This document shows positions 46,097 through 46,097 of a stretch of DNA of 46,097 bases, one piece after another. The DNA lies in assembly GCA_045863855.1 (NCBI GenBank), contig BTVV01000044.1, positions 1 to 46,097 on the forward strand. Reading direction: 5' to 3'. A program made the position numbers and the translations under genes. Source of the stretch: Planctomycetota bacterium (GTDB lineage: Bacteria > Planctomycetota > SZUA-567 > H5-PLA8). Positions within the stretch are counted from its first letter, which is position 1, and each line of letters starts with the position of its first letter. The notes under the pieces are model-generated. The model was not told the origin of the DNA, did not search any database, and saw only the letters and a program-made list of their open reading frames with translations.

Positions 46097-46097
46097 C

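Overview
GC-rich bacterial chromosome window; Planctomycetota/PVC is inferred from gene content and not proven. Positions 1271-18618 form a ~17.3 kb integrated element in tRNA-Tyr(GTA), bounded by a perfect 55-bp direct repeat of the tRNA 3' half and carrying a tyrosine integrase. It has a Nu1-like small terminase behind a cos-like site, a Mu gpT-like major capsid protein, a tail assembly chaperone with an intact -1 frameshift, and a short tape-measure-like protein. I found no recognisable large terminase, portal, tail tube, lysis, replicase or classical repressor genes, so it looks like a phage satellite that supplies its own head and tail-length parts. It also has a 79-nt C4/CI-like cloverleaf RNA, a stand-alone copy of the integrase N-terminal domain, three origin-like repeat blocks interleaved with two paralogous genes, a dispersed 16-bp palindrome and a defence-like cargo cluster (Abi-alpha-like, ART-like, WYL, PemK/MazF-like TA). 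The rest (18.7-46 kb) is host housekeeping and catabolic DNA: hisI, hemB, McsA-like, IclR/sulfatase/GH4, ABC permease, PIG-L, glyQS, GDPD, YicC, secG, tpiA, pheA, greA, an aminotransferase, a PLP decarboxylase, a long coiled-coil protein and an enolase-superfamily gene. All family calls come from motif recognition by eye; no database search was run.
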